From NCBI GenBank assembly GCA_016932595.1, contig JAFGCP010000309.1, positions 1 through 39,555 on the forward strand: 39,555 nucleotides of DNA. Reading direction: 5' to 3'. Every line of letters starts with the position of its first letter. Positions within the stretch are counted from its first letter, which is position 1. The notes beneath the pieces are model-generated. The model was not told where the DNA came from, made no database searches, and worked only from the letters and a program-made list of their open reading frames with translations. The DNA is from Deltaproteobacteria bacterium (GTDB lineage Bacteria > Desulfobacterota > WTBG01 > CAIYCZ01 > CAIRTM01). Position numbers and translations under genes: made by a program. This document shows positions 18,354-28,556 of this stretch, piece by piece.

Positions 18354-19277
18354 ATGAAAATAGTCATTGCAGGCGCCGGAGCCATGGGGTGTTTGTTCGC
18401 AGGCTTGCTTGCGGGATCCAGGCATGAGCTGTGGCTGCTTGAAAAGGATGCCGGGAAGGTGGATGCGATACGCTCTGCAGGGCTCAGCATAGAAATCAGC
18501 GGCGCTGAGCCGGCAGTCTCAATGCCCTCTATAACGGCATATGCGGGTGATGCAGGCATTGCTGATGTGCTCGTGCTGCTCGTGAAAGCATATGATACCG
18601 CAGCTGCAGTACAGGCAGCCCTGCCGGTAATCGGCCCACAGACAACGGTACTGACGCTGCAGAACGGCCTGGGCAATATCGAGGCAATCACGCGCGCTGT
18701 GCCGCAGACTTTGCTGCTTGCAGGAACCACGGCACAGGGGGCAACACTTCTTGGCAATGGCAGGGTGCGGCATGCAGGCAGGGGCGAAACGGTTATCGGG
18801 CCCCTTGTGCCGGAAGGGGCCGTGAGGGCCCATGCCGTGCAGGAGATTTTTCAGAGCGCAGGCATTCCCGCAACAGTGGCTGAAGATATTCAGCCGGTTC
18901 TTTGGGGGAAACTGCTGGTAAATGCCGGCATCAACGCGCTGACTGCAATCATGCGGGTAAAAAACGGCAGGGTAGGGGATATGGAGCCTCTGCAGGCTGT
19001 TATGCGGCGGGCTGTTGCCGAGGGGGCTGCTGTGGCGCAACGGCTGGGAATATCTTTGCCCTATCCCGATCCGGTCGTTCGAACGACGGAAATCTGTTGC
19101 GCCACGGCTGAAAATTTTTCTTCCATGTATCAGGATATCAGCTTGGGCCGGCGTACTGAAATCGATAGCATCAACGGCGTTATTGTGGAATACGCCAATC
19201 GTCTTGGCCTTCCAGTGCCGGTCAACTGCATGCTGACCCGCATGGTGCACGCTCTTGAATGCCCTTCTGTAAGCTGA
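18354..19277 (+). CDS. panE: 2-dehydropantoate 2-reductase
   Basis: GAGAMG, VKAY, LQNGLGN, WGKLLVNAGIN, SSMYQD..GRRTEIDSING; GGAGG RBS. Confidence 0.95.
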   Translation: MKIVIAGAGAMGCLFAGLLAGSRHELWLLEKDAGKVDAIRSAGLSIEISGAEPAVSMPSITAYAGDAGIADVLVLLVKAYDTAAAVQAALPVIGPQTTVLTLQNGLGNIEAITRAVPQTLLLAGTTAQGATLLGNGRVRHAGRGETVIGPLVPEGAVRAHAVQEIFQSAGIPATVAEDIQPVLWGKLLVNAGINALTAIMRVKNGRVGDMEPLQAVMRRAVAEGAAVAQRLGISLPYPDPVVRTTEICCATAENFSSMYQDISLGRRTEIDSINGVIVEYANRLGLPVPVNCMLTRMVHALECPSVS

Positions 19278-19499
19278 ATTTGCAGATACCCGCAACTTTT
19301 TTTCGGTGGTATGTGCCTGCCCCATAGCAGATGCAATCGGGAATTTTTCAGGAGCATTGCAGCGGGTGCTGTGGTGTGAATTGGGCAATGCATGCAGCCT
19401 TTTACGAAGGAGGTGCCGGGAGAATGTAAGGCTGCGACAGGATAGTGCGAGGCAGATATGATTGTTGTGCAGCAGGCGGCACAGGGCAGGCCCGGCGCA

Positions 19500-20882
19500 T
19501 CATTTTCCAATGCAGAAACGGCTGAAAATGACATCGAGAATATCCTCAGCAGTGGTCCTGCCGGTAATCTCTCCGAGAGCAGCAAGTGCGGCATGCAGAT
19601 CTATGGACACGAGCTCAGGGGCCCGTTCGCACAGCAAACCCGCGGCCGCCTGTCCGAGTGCCTCCCGTGTTTTTTCCAGGGCCGAGCGGTGCCGCGCATT
19701 GGCGATGAGGATATCTGAAGGGGAAATGCCGCCATGGGCGCCGACCATATGGGCAATGGCCTGTTTGAGCTGCTCGATGCCGGTATGGTTCATGGCTGAA
19801 ACGGCGACGGTGCCGGCTGAAGGCAGCAGCGAGGCGAGCTTTTCCGGCCCCCAGGCAGAGGGTAAATCTGTTTTGTTCATGACGGCGATGAAATTTTTAT
19901 GTGCAAGAAGCCCCGCCACCGCATGATCGGCTTGATCAAGGGGCAGGCTTGCATCAAGCACCAGCAGGACAATATCGGCATGCTCTATTTTTACGCGTGC
20001 CCGCTCCATGCCCGCAACCTCAATTTCCTGATCGCTGTTGTCCAGGCCGGCTGTATCGATAAGATGTATCGGCATGCCGCCGATGGTCATGGTTTCCTGA
20101 ATGATATCCCGTGTCGTGCCGGGAATGGCGGTCACGATGGCACGCTCATCACCCAGCAGCGCATTCAGGATGCTGGACTTGCCGACATTTGGCTTTCCGG
20201 TAATAACCGCCTGTACGCCGCTTGCATACAGACAGCCGTCGTGGAATGTCGCGATCAGCCTGCCTGCGGCTTCCCGGACAGCTTGTATCTGTACGGCCAG
20301 CGTCGATGACGCAGCAGCAAGAATATCATCTTCAGGGAAGTCAATGGCTGCCTCAACTTCGGCCGTAATGCTCAGAAGACTGTCGTACAGATGATCTATC
20401 CGCTGCGCGAGCTTTCCTGTCAGCTGGCGCGAGGCTATTTTGAGCCCGATCTCCGACTTTGCCTCAATGACATCAATGACCGCCTCGGCCTGTGTAAGAT
20501 CCATCCGCCCGTTGAGAAAGCCGCGGCGGGTGAACTCACCTGCCCCGGCGAGCCGTGCTCCGGCGTCTATCGTCATGCGCAATATTTTTTCAAGCAGAAC
20601 GATGCCGCTGTGGCAGTTGATTTCAACGACATCCTCTCCGGTATAGGAGCGCGGGGCCTGCATGTAGGAGATAAGGGCTTCATCAAGATCGCTTCCGTCC
20701 TGCGGGTCGATGATGGTGCCGAAGTACAGGCTGTGCGAGCGGAGCGCTTCGGGATTGAAGTTTTTTGATTTAAAAAATTTTGCGACAATGCGGCAGGCTG
20801 CAGGGCCGCTCAGGCGAATGATGCCTATGCCGCCGGCGCCAACTGGTGTTGCGATGGCTGTAATTGTGTCGTGGTGCTGCAT
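19500..20882 (-). CDS. mnmE: tRNA modification GTPase MnmE (TrmE)
   Basis: DTITAIATP, SYTGEDVVE, GKPNVGKSS, PGTTRD, DTAG, NKTD, C-terminal FCIGK. Confidence 0.98.
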   Translation of the reverse strand: MQHHDTITAIATPVGAGGIGIIRLSGPAACRIVAKFFKSKNFNPEALRSHSLYFGTIIDPQDGSDLDEALISYMQAPRSYTGEDVVEINCHSGIVLLEKILRMTIDAGARLAGAGEFTRRGFLNGRMDLTQAEAVIDVIEAKSEIGLKIASRQLTGKLAQRIDHLYDSLLSITAEVEAAIDFPEDDILAAASSTLAVQIQAVREAAGRLIATFHDGCLYASGVQAVITGKPNVGKSSILNALLGDERAIVTAIPGTTRDIIQETMTIGGMPIHLIDTAGLDNSDQEIEVAGMERARVKIEHADIVLLVLDASLPLDQADHAVAGLLAHKNFIAVMNKTDLPSAWGPEKLASLLPSAGTVAVSAMNHTGIEQLKQAIAHMVGAHGGISPSDILIANARHRSALEKTREALGQAAAGLLCERAPELVSIDLHAALAALGEITGRTTAEDILDVIFSRFCIGK

Positions 20883-20917
20883 TGTTCAACCAAAGAAGAA
20901 ATTGATTGCGGCAGGTT

Positions 20918-22441
20918 TTATGGGTATATCAGCAGAGATTTTTTAATTGTTTCATCAATTTTGCTGAACAAAGGGCCGGTTGGCTCCTGTCTGCAGTTTT
21001 CGCAGGTGATTTGGATTGAGATTATTTTTTGATGCCCGACAAGCGTATAGAAATGTGTCATGCACAGGGATGCATTTATCGTTTCCGCCGCTGTTATTTT
21101 GTACCCCTGCCCCCCGCCCATGGTTATAAGGCCATGGGACTCGATTGATGCCCAGGTCCTGTCTGATTTCCCATCCTGAAATCCGCCGATTTTTTTATAC
21201 ATTTCATCTTCGGCATTCCACTGCCCGAACCAGCGCTGAGCTTCGATTGAGACGGTAACCCGTGCCTTATATGAGGCTGTGATTTTTGATTTTCGGGGGC
21301 CGGATGTCTCCTGATGGGCAAAGCCCGCAGGCAGGTTCAGAAAAAAGAAGGCATTTTTGTCCTGCAGGGACTGTACCTCAGGCAGGGTTTTTTCAGGCTG
21401 TTTTATTTCCTCCGCCGGTTTAACTGCCGTCTGCTGTGGTACTGCAGGAGGCGTAAAGGTTGTGCGAATCAAGTCCTGCAGGGATCCTTTTTTGTAAAGG
21501 AAAAAAGCTCCGGCAGCGATGGAGCACAGGACTATGATACCAAGGGCGATACTGAAGAAACGAGTTCTTGTCCGGGGCCCTTCTCCGAGCTCAACTTCAA
21601 GAGTTTCGTTGACAGGAGGCCTTTTTTTCTGCTGCTGGCCGGATACATCAGGGACAATTTTTCCCTGAGAAATTTTCAATGAAGGATCGGCCGCAGCCGA
21701 CTGTGCCTGATCCGCAGTAAGCGACAGATCAATTTTTTCCTGAACATCTATTATGCCCGCTGACAAAAGGGTGTACAGAGCCTTGACGACGGTGAATTCA
21801 TCGTAGCCGCTCTGGTATATGATTTCTTTTATAGTGTTTATGCCGTTTACCAAACGCAGAACGGCATTTTCCTGGTGGTTGAGCGTTGTTTGCCTGTTTG
21901 CCGAAGCAGCATCGGCCGTATAGCGCAGGACCTGATTCCTTGCCGGTATTTGTTTTTCCAGCACGGACATCTCATCCACCCTGCGGGAAGCCTCCAGAAT
22001 TAATTCCATGGTTTCAAACTGCGTGTCTGCTTCGTCCGTTGCTGAAACAGCGCATTCTTCAAACCGGAATTTACCCTGTATCCAGTGAAAAAGGGTGTAG
22101 AGTATATTTTCTACCTGCATGCGGACGAATCTGTCCAGCTCGTCTTTTGAAATGAAGCATTCATCAACCAGCACTTTGCCGAGCCGCTCTTTGCGGTTTT
22201 TGGCTATCTGAAGAGTTTTTTCAAGTTCAATGGAGCCGATGACGCCTTCGCTTCGAAGCAGGTATCCCAGGTGTTTTTCATTGTCGGTGCTGGTGGCGGA
22301 AACTATGGTGCCCTCGCAGAAGTGGACGGTGACCACATCGTCGTCATGAGTAATGCGCAATTTCCCCGTCTTTTTATCATTGGACAGCAGTTGGAAAAGA
22401 CTGGAGAGATAAAAGGTTTCTAGATTGCCTTCAAGTGCCAT
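20918..22441 (-). CDS. DUF4388 (PATAN-like) domain membrane protein with a predicted extracytoplasmic C-terminal domain
   Basis: MALEGNLETFYLSSLFQLL..KKTGKL, LGYLL/RLGKVLV, W..GKFRF, LILEASRRVDE; one hydrophobic segment (FFSIALGIIVLCSIAAGAFFLY). Confidence 0.8.
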   Translation of the reverse strand: MALEGNLETFYLSSLFQLLSNDKKTGKLRITHDDDVVTVHFCEGTIVSATSTDNEKHLGYLLRSEGVIGSIELEKTLQIAKNRKERLGKVLVDECFISKDELDRFVRMQVENILYTLFHWIQGKFRFEECAVSATDEADTQFETMELILEASRRVDEMSVLEKQIPARNQVLRYTADAASANRQTTLNHQENAVLRLVNGINTIKEIIYQSGYDEFTVVKALYTLLSAGIIDVQEKIDLSLTADQAQSAAADPSLKISQGKIVPDVSGQQQKKRPPVNETLEVELGEGPRTRTRFFSIALGIIVLCSIAAGAFFLYKKGSLQDLIRTTFTPPAVPQQTAVKPAEEIKQPEKTLPEVQSLQDKNAFFFLNLPAGFAHQETSGPRKSKITASYKARVTVSIEAQRWFGQWNAEDEMYKKIGGFQDGKSDRTWASIESHGLITMGGGQGYKITAAETINASLCMTHFYTLVGHQKIISIQITCENCRQEPTGPLFSKIDETIKKSLLIYP

Positions 22442-22714
22442 AGCGGTATACGAGTAGTTTTTATTTATATTTAATCAAAAAAAAATGATTTTTACAATCA
22501 ATTCTTTTGCAGTCGCGCTGGCAATGCTTTGACCCGTGCGCCACACGGTCATCCGGCCAAATTCTGCATAAACTGCTGTGCTACGGGGTTTTCTGCTTTG
22601 ATGTGCCGGGGAGCGGTGCCGGGCACTGCTGAAATGTCATAGGAAACGGTGCGCCTGCATGTACAAAGACGGAAGGGTAATCCAGGCCTTGTGCCGTCTT
22701 TGTCAGAATCAGGC

Positions 22715-23371
22715 TTACTGCCGGGGAGCTATGATAACCTTGCGCATGATGCCGTCTCCCCTGCTCCAAGTCGTCAGTTCCGTATCCTGTTTCAGTGTCA
22801 TATGAATGATACGGCGGTCTGCAGCATTCAACGGGGGCGTGGTGACGGTACCCCCTTTTGTTTTTGCTTTTTTACTCAGGCGCATGGCCAGGCCCTCGAG
22901 GTTTTCAACATGGCGGGAGCGGTATCCCTCGGAATCAACGAGAATGTGCGGCATGTCTGCGGCCTGCCTGGCCCGTATTTTATTGAGCAGGTACTGCAGA
23001 GCCTCAAGGGTCTGCCCTTTTTTTCCGATAAAAATGCCGCTGCCGTCACCGATGATGTTAAACACAACTTCATCATGGCTGGAAGCTGTTTCGATGCGCG
23101 CCGCCGGGTCTATGCGCCGGACGATACGATCAAAGAGAGTTTTTAAAGTATCAAGAGCCTCCTGTGCCGTGCTGCACCTGGCTGCCTGCAGCGGTGCTTG
23201 TTTCAGGGCCGCGCGAATTTTTGCCTTCCTCGAGGAGAAGATGGAAAGAAATCTGCCGGGGGTCGGCTCAAGCACCTCAATGTCAAGATTGTCTTCAGTG
23301 GTATGCAGCTGCTGTCCGGCTAGCGCGACTGCTTCTTCAACTGTTTTGGCTTCGACTTCGATGGATTGCAT
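22715..23371 (-). CDS. jag: RNA-binding protein Jag/KhpB/EloR
   Basis: Jag_N (EAKTVEEA), KH (IGKKGQTLEALQYL), R3H (DRRIIH); lies next to yidC. Confidence 0.96.
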   Translation of the reverse strand: MQSIEVEAKTVEEAVALAGQQLHTTEDNLDIEVLEPTPGRFLSIFSSRKAKIRAALKQAPLQAARCSTAQEALDTLKTLFDRIVRRIDPAARIETASSHDEVVFNIIGDGSGIFIGKKGQTLEALQYLLNKIRARQAADMPHILVDSEGYRSRHVENLEGLAMRLSKKAKTKGGTVTTPPLNAADRRIIHMTLKQDTELTTWSRGDGIMRKVIIAPRQ

Positions 23372-25098
23372 TCTTTTCCTCCTGCGGAGCTGATTTTGTT
23401 GTTGATGTAGTATTGCTGAACAATGGATATGACATTATTGACAAGCCAGTAGATGACAAGCCCCGAAGGAAAACTGAGAAACATGAACGTAAATACCAGG
23501 GGCATGAAAAGCATCATTTTTGCCTGCATCGGATCCATGCTTGCCGACGGCGTCATTTTTTGCTGCAGAAACTGCGACAGGCCCATGACAATCGGTGCGA
23601 TATAGGTCGGATCCTTTGCCGAGAGGTCGTTGATCCAGAATGAAACGAAGCTTGCATGCCGCAGCTCGATGGAGTACATCAGCGCATTGTAAAGCGCAAT
23701 GAAGACAGGTATTTGAATCAATATGGGCAGACAGCCGCTCAGCGGGTTTACATTGTATTTTTTGTAGAGCGAAAGCTGCTGGCGGGCGAATTCCTCCTTG
23801 TTGTCTTTGTATTTTTCCTTAAGAGCGGTCAGCTCAGGCTGAATCTTCTGCATGCCCTTCATGGATTCAAAACTTTTATGCGTGAGGGGCCAGAAGAGAA
23901 TTTTTATGATAATGGTCAGCAGGATAATCGCAAGGCCGTAATTGCCGAGAAAACCATAGAAGAATTTGACGCACATGAGCAGCGGCTTTGCGATAATGTC
24001 GAACCAGCCGAAGTCAAGGGTCTTTTCAAGGTGGCTTCCCTGCCGAGCCAGTATGTCCATGTCTTTGGGCCCCATGTAGAGCTGCAGCGGGTACTGTGCT
24101 TCCTGTCCGGGCTGTATGGTAATGGCCGGGAAGAACACCTGATAGGTTACTGCACCATCGGCGGTTTTGCTTATGCGCACCTGTGCGGGCTTCTGATCCT
24201 GCATGAGCAGGGCCGATATGAAATATTTTTCCTCGATGGCGGTCCAGAGAATATCGCCCTCGATAGGTGTTTCTTCCTTTACCTTTTCAATATCCTGCTT
24301 GACGACCTTGTCTTTGAGAAAATAGGTGAATTGTGCCACATCTGCCGTATTGCCGCTGAAGAATCCGCCGGCCTGCTGGGCTGGAACATGAGCCTTCCAT
24401 TCAATGACCGGCGTGCCCATACGGGCGGTTGAGCCGTCATTGCGCAGGGTCAGGGTGAGGCCGAAATTGTAGTCCCTGTCAGTGAACGCGAACTGCTTCG
24501 AGAGTTTCAGCCCCTGCTGGTCATCCTGCGAAAACGTTATGGCGCCCTGTTGCCCGGAATTTCGCAGTCGAAGGCTCTCTTTATCGGCCTGCCACGGCGC
24601 AGTGCCAAGAACGGTTGAGCCGGCATCGATAAAGAGCGTGCGCAGGGGGAGTTCCTGAGCGGAACGCCCATGGAGAAGTTGCTTGTCCTGCTGGCCTGCA
24701 TCTGCCGGAAAGTCGGGCCCGATGTTGAAAAGTTTTTTCATCAGGCGTTCCGCAGCCGTCGGCGCGAGGCTTTCCTTGTACTTGTGGAGCGTGAAGCTGC
24801 CGGGCCCTCCGGTTGCCCGCACAAAAAGTGCGGTAAAAAGGCCTGTTTCGACAGTAATGTCCCGGCCTTCATCAATGATGGGCGTCTGGGGAAGCAGAGC
24901 GATTTTTGGCGCATCATGTATTGTTTGAGGCTGAGCAACTACCGCTGTGGAGGGCGTGGGGATTTGCGCTTTTTCAGCTGTCGCGACAGCCGGAGTGTCG
25001 GCCTTTTTGGCGGGGGGAGGGGTGAACAGGTACTGATAGCTGAAAAGTACGGCAATGGACAGCGCAACAGCCAGAAGAATTCTTTTTTCATTATCCAT
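23320..25098 (-). CDS. yidC: Membrane protein insertase YidC
   Basis: N-terminal TM, periplasmic domain, DFGWF, GNYGLAII, GCLPILIQIP, PSGLVIYW. Confidence 0.98.
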   Translation of the reverse strand: MDNEKRILLAVALSIAVLFSYQYLFTPPPAKKADTPAVATAEKAQIPTPSTAVVAQPQTIHDAPKIALLPQTPIIDEGRDITVETGLFTALFVRATGGPGSFTLHKYKESLAPTAAERLMKKLFNIGPDFPADAGQQDKQLLHGRSAQELPLRTLFIDAGSTVLGTAPWQADKESLRLRNSGQQGAITFSQDDQQGLKLSKQFAFTDRDYNFGLTLTLRNDGSTARMGTPVIEWKAHVPAQQAGGFFSGNTADVAQFTYFLKDKVVKQDIEKVKEETPIEGDILWTAIEEKYFISALLMQDQKPAQVRISKTADGAVTYQVFFPAITIQPGQEAQYPLQLYMGPKDMDILARQGSHLEKTLDFGWFDIIAKPLLMCVKFFYGFLGNYGLAIILLTIIIKILFWPLTHKSFESMKGMQKIQPELTALKEKYKDNKEEFARQQLSLYKKYNVNPLSGCLPILIQIPVFIALYNALMYSIELRHASFVSFWINDLSAKDPTYIAPIVMGLSQFLQQKMTPSASMDPMQAKMMLFMPLVFTFMFLSFPSGLVIYWLVNNVISIVQQYYINNKISSAGGKECNPSKSKPKQLKKQSR

Positions 25099-25193
25099 GA
25101 ACGGTTCCTTATTTAAGGATTTATTGCATGGAGTCAGCAGACATGCTGAATCCCGAGTCGCTTTTGTTGTGTCGTGTGGCAGCAGTAACAGGC

Positions 25194-25445
25194 TTAGACC
25201 GGATCATAGCCACCCGGATGAAGCGGATGGCATTTGAGCAGACGGCAGCATGTGAGTCGGCATGCTTTAAAAAAAGGGTACTTTGCAAAGGCCTCTATGG
25301 CATAATTGGAGCAGGTGGGGATAAAACGGCAGTGAGAACCCAAAACGGGGGATACCAGCACCTGATAACAGCGTATGAGAAATATGGAGAGCCTGTTAAT
25401 CCGGCTGTCGGGCTCCGATACAGAACAAAGTAATTGTTTATTCAT
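25194..25445 (-). CDS. yidD: Membrane protein insertion efficiency factor YidD
   Basis: YQVLVSP, CRFIPTCSNY, RLLKCHP..PGGYDPV. Confidence 0.96.
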   Translation of the reverse strand: MNKQLLCSVSEPDSRINRLSIFLIRCYQVLVSPVLGSHCRFIPTCSNYAIEAFAKYPFFKACRLTCCRLLKCHPLHPGGYDPV

Positions 25446-25806
25446 TCAAATGCGATTCGGGTTCGTGAGCATGTGCATCAAATAACCGGTCGATTTCGCT
25501 GGCGATGCCCGCATAGAGCAGACGGTCTGCGCCTGTTTTTGCAGTGAAAACAATATCGCTTGAAGCTGGAAGCAATGCTTTATGCAGCCTGAAATATTCC
25601 CGTATACGGCGCTTTACATGATTGCGCTGTACCGAGTTGCCGATCTTTTTGCCGACGGTTATCCCCAAACGGCTCCATGAAAGGTTGTTTCCCAAAATTG
25701 CAACCTTGAAGTGCCGCGACTCTTTCCTTGCTCCTTTTCGATATATAATTATGAATTCAGCGCTTTTTTTTATTCTTTCTGCACGCTTTAAGGAGAAGTT
25801 GGACAT
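25438..25806 (-). CDS. rnpA: Ribonuclease P protein component
   Basis: RLGITVGKKIGNSVQRNHVKRRIRE; synteny. Confidence 0.95.
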   Translation of the reverse strand: MSNFSLKRAERIKKSAEFIIIYRKGARKESRHFKVAILGNNLSWSRLGITVGKKIGNSVQRNHVKRRIREYFRLHKALLPASSDIVFTAKTGADRLLYAGIASEIDRLFDAHAHEPESHLNE

Positions 25807-25818
25807 ATGCTTTTGGCG

Positions 25819-25953
25819 CTAAGCGCTCAGTGTTTTTCTGCCTTTTCGCCGTCTTCTTTTGATGACGTTCTGTCCGGACTTTGTGCTCATGCGCTCAAGA
25901 AAACCATGAGTTCTTTTGCGTTTTAATATGCTTGGCTGGAATGTCTGTTTCAA
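25819..25953 (-). CDS. rpmH: 50S ribosomal protein L34 (not in the ORF track)
   Basis: Manual translation from TTG: [44 protein letters not shown]; GGGAG RBS. Confidence 0.97.
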   Translation of the reverse strand: MKQTFQPSILKRKRTHGFLERMSTKSGQNVIKRRRRKGRKTLSA

Positions 25954-26264
25954 GATAGTCTCCCTGTGTGCTTATGGCTACTGCTTTTGATTAATGTGTT
26001 TTGTACTGCTACTGGTTGAACTGTATGGACTTCCTCGAAGTTCAAGTATATAAAAAAACATAATTCAACTGCATTGTCAAGGTTATTCATATCATTTTAT
26101 ACTGCAGCAGGCGCTAAAAATTCTCATGGAACATGTTGTTTTGCCGGCAGCCCCCCCTAAATGCTGTTTGCCGCAGCCGGGATGCCTGTATTTTAAGATA
26201 TGCAACTCAAAGCCAATATGTGGTATGTTTAAACACATACAGCACTCTCAAGGATAGAGCTACC

Positions 26265-28556
26265 ATGGCTAGAGAAGATGACAGGCTCCAGCGCCAGATG
26301 CGTGAGGAGCAGAAGCGGCGCAAGCGGGAACAGAGTATTATTTTCATTGCCATACCGCTTGTCATTGCCCTTACGTCGCTGTTGATGTATGTGACCGGTC
26401 GCAGCGGCGAGGCTCTTCTGCCGCAGAATATTCTTGTATTCAGCCTCATCAATCTGAATGCTATTTTGCTGCTGCTGCTGCTTTTTCTTGTCGTGCGCAA
26501 TGTTGTGAAACTTTTTTTCGAGCGCAGAAGGGGCATTTTGGGGTCGAAGCTGCGCACAAAGCTGGTCATAGCTTTTGTGGGCCTGTCACTGGTGCCGACC
26601 ATGCTTCTTTTCTGGGTGTCCATCAGTTTCATAACCAATACGATTGAAAACTGGTTCAGCTTTAAAGTTGAGAATTCTCTGGAAGAGTCCCTCACGGTCG
26701 TTGATGCCTATTACCGGAACTCGTCCTCAAAAGCGCTTCACTACGCCCACCAGATTGCAGGAAGCATCGCAGCAAAAAAAATGCTCGGCGAGCGCGCCTC
26801 GGAGCCCTTATGGACTCTGGTTGCTGAAAAACAGTCCGAGTACGACCTTGGCGTGGTCGAGATATTTTCAGCCAGCGGAGCGCAGCTGGTCAAGGTTGCC
26901 CGTGCCGATGTGCCCGAAAAGGATTTTATAGGATCAGATGCGGCGCTTGTGCAGCTGGCTCTTGAAGGCAAGGAGGTTACCCGCATTCAGCCGGTTAACG
27001 ACGGAGATATCGTTCGGGGCGTTGTCCCGGTGCGGACTGCTGGCGGCAGGCAGGAAATAATCGGCGCCGTTATTGTAAATTTTTATAATCCCAAGAGCCT
27101 TGTCATCAAAATGGACGGGATCAACCGGGCGTATCAGGAATATAAACAGCTTAAAATATCCAAGGGACCCATCAAGGGAATTTATATTATTCTGCTGTCT
27201 GCAGTGACGCTGCTGATTATTTTTTCTGCTACGTGGTTCGGATTTCACCTTTCAAAGGTTATATCCGTTCCCATCAGTTCACTCGCGACTGCGACGCAGC
27301 AGATAGCTCAGGGGAATCTGGATGTTGTGATAGAGCCGTCGTCAGACGACGAAATCGGCAGCCTGATACAGTCGTTCAATAAAATGACCCATGACCTGAA
27401 AGCCAGCACGCAGCAGGTTGAATCAACAACCGGCAACCTGCGGGAAACCATTCGCGAGCTTGAGCACCGGCGGCTGTATATGGAGGTTTTGCTTGATAAT
27501 GTCGCCTCGGTCGTTGTTTCTACCGATCAGGACGGCGTCATAACGGCATTTAATAATTCAGCGGAGCGCATGTTCGCTACCACCTTTGCGCAGGCCGTCA
27601 ACCGCCCGTACGGTGAAGTGTTTGCCCATGAAGAGCTTGCGCCGCTGCGGGATTTTATAAGCGAGGTTCTTTCCTGCCGGCTTCGATCCGTCGAGCAGCA
27701 GATAGCCCTGTCGCTTGCCGACAGGATGGTGTTTTTGTACGTGCGCTCCAATATGTTTTTTGACGCCGACGGCACAAGCATGGGGCTTGTTCTGGTTGCC
27801 GAAGACCTCACCCAGCTGCAGCAGGCGCAGCGGGCATTTGCCTGGAAGGAAGTCGCTCGCAGGATCGCCCATGAGGTGAAGAACCCGCTGACGCCGATCA
27901 AGCTTTCAGCGCAGCGTTTGAAGAAGAAGTTTCAGCATCAGATATCCTCTGACGCGGGGGTGTTTGATGAATGCACAACGGTTATCATCAATCAGGTCGA
28001 TGAACTCAAGACCATGGTCAATGAGTTTTCAAGTTTTGCCCGCATGCCGGCAACCAATCCTCTGCCCAATGAGCTCAATGAAGTAGTTGAAGAGACCCTT
28101 GCATTGTACCGTGAAGCGCATAAAACCATTGTGTTCAGCGCCGTGCGAGAACTGGAGGCAATACGGTTTAATTTTGACCGGGACCAGATCAAGCGGGTGC
28201 TTATCAATCTGCTTGACAATGCGCTGCACTCCATGGAAAATGGCGGGACAGTAACGGTCAAGACAGCATATAATCAGGCCCTTGACGTGGTGATTATCGA
28301 GGTTGCGGACACCGGCAGCGGCATCCCGCCTGCGCTTAAAACCAAAATTTTTGATCCTTATTTTTCAACAAAAAAGGCCGGCACCGGCCTTGGCCTGGCG
28401 ATCGTCAATACGATAGTGTCAGATCACAATGGATTTATTCGCGTGCGCGACAATCATCCCAACGGCGCCTGCTTCATTATTCAGCTGCCGGTGTCACCGG
28501 TTATAAGTTTCAGAAGGGAAACATATAATGAAAAATTTAACAATACTGCTGGTTGA
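26265..28556 (+). CDS. ntrY: NtrY-like membrane sensor histidine kinase (TM-HAMP-PAS-HisKA-HATPase)
   Basis: GSKLRTKLV, HAMP DEIG..FN.M, AWKEVARRIAHEVKNPLTPI, NLLDNA, DTGSG, GTGLGL; start MAREDD. Confidence 0.92.
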   Translation: MAREDDRLQRQMREEQKRRKREQSIIFIAIPLVIALTSLLMYVTGRSGEALLPQNILVFSLINLNAILLLLLLFLVVRNVVKLFFERRRGILGSKLRTKLVIAFVGLSLVPTMLLFWVSISFITNTIENWFSFKVENSLEESLTVVDAYYRNSSSKALHYAHQIAGSIAAKKMLGERASEPLWTLVAEKQSEYDLGVVEIFSASGAQLVKVARADVPEKDFIGSDAALVQLALEGKEVTRIQPVNDGDIVRGVVPVRTAGGRQEIIGAVIVNFYNPKSLVIKMDGINRAYQEYKQLKISKGPIKGIYIILLSAVTLLIIFSATWFGFHLSKVISVPISSLATATQQIAQGNLDVVIEPSSDDEIGSLIQSFNKMTHDLKASTQQVESTTGNLRETIRELEHRRLYMEVLLDNVASVVVSTDQDGVITAFNNSAERMFATTFAQAVNRPYGEVFAHEELAPLRDFISEVLSCRLRSVEQQIALSLADRMVFLYVRSNMFFDADGTSMGLVLVAEDLTQLQQAQRAFAWKEVARRIAHEVKNPLTPIKLSAQRLKKKFQHQISSDAGVFDECTTVIINQVDELKTMVNEFSSFARMPATNPLPNELNEVVEETLALYREAHKTIVFSAVRELEAIRFNFDRDQIKRVLINLLDNALHSMENGGTVTVKTAYNQALDVVIIEVADTGSGIPPALKTKIFDPYFSTKKAGTGLGLAIVNTIVSDHNGFIRVRDNHPNGACFIIQLPVSPVISFRRETYNEKFNNTAG

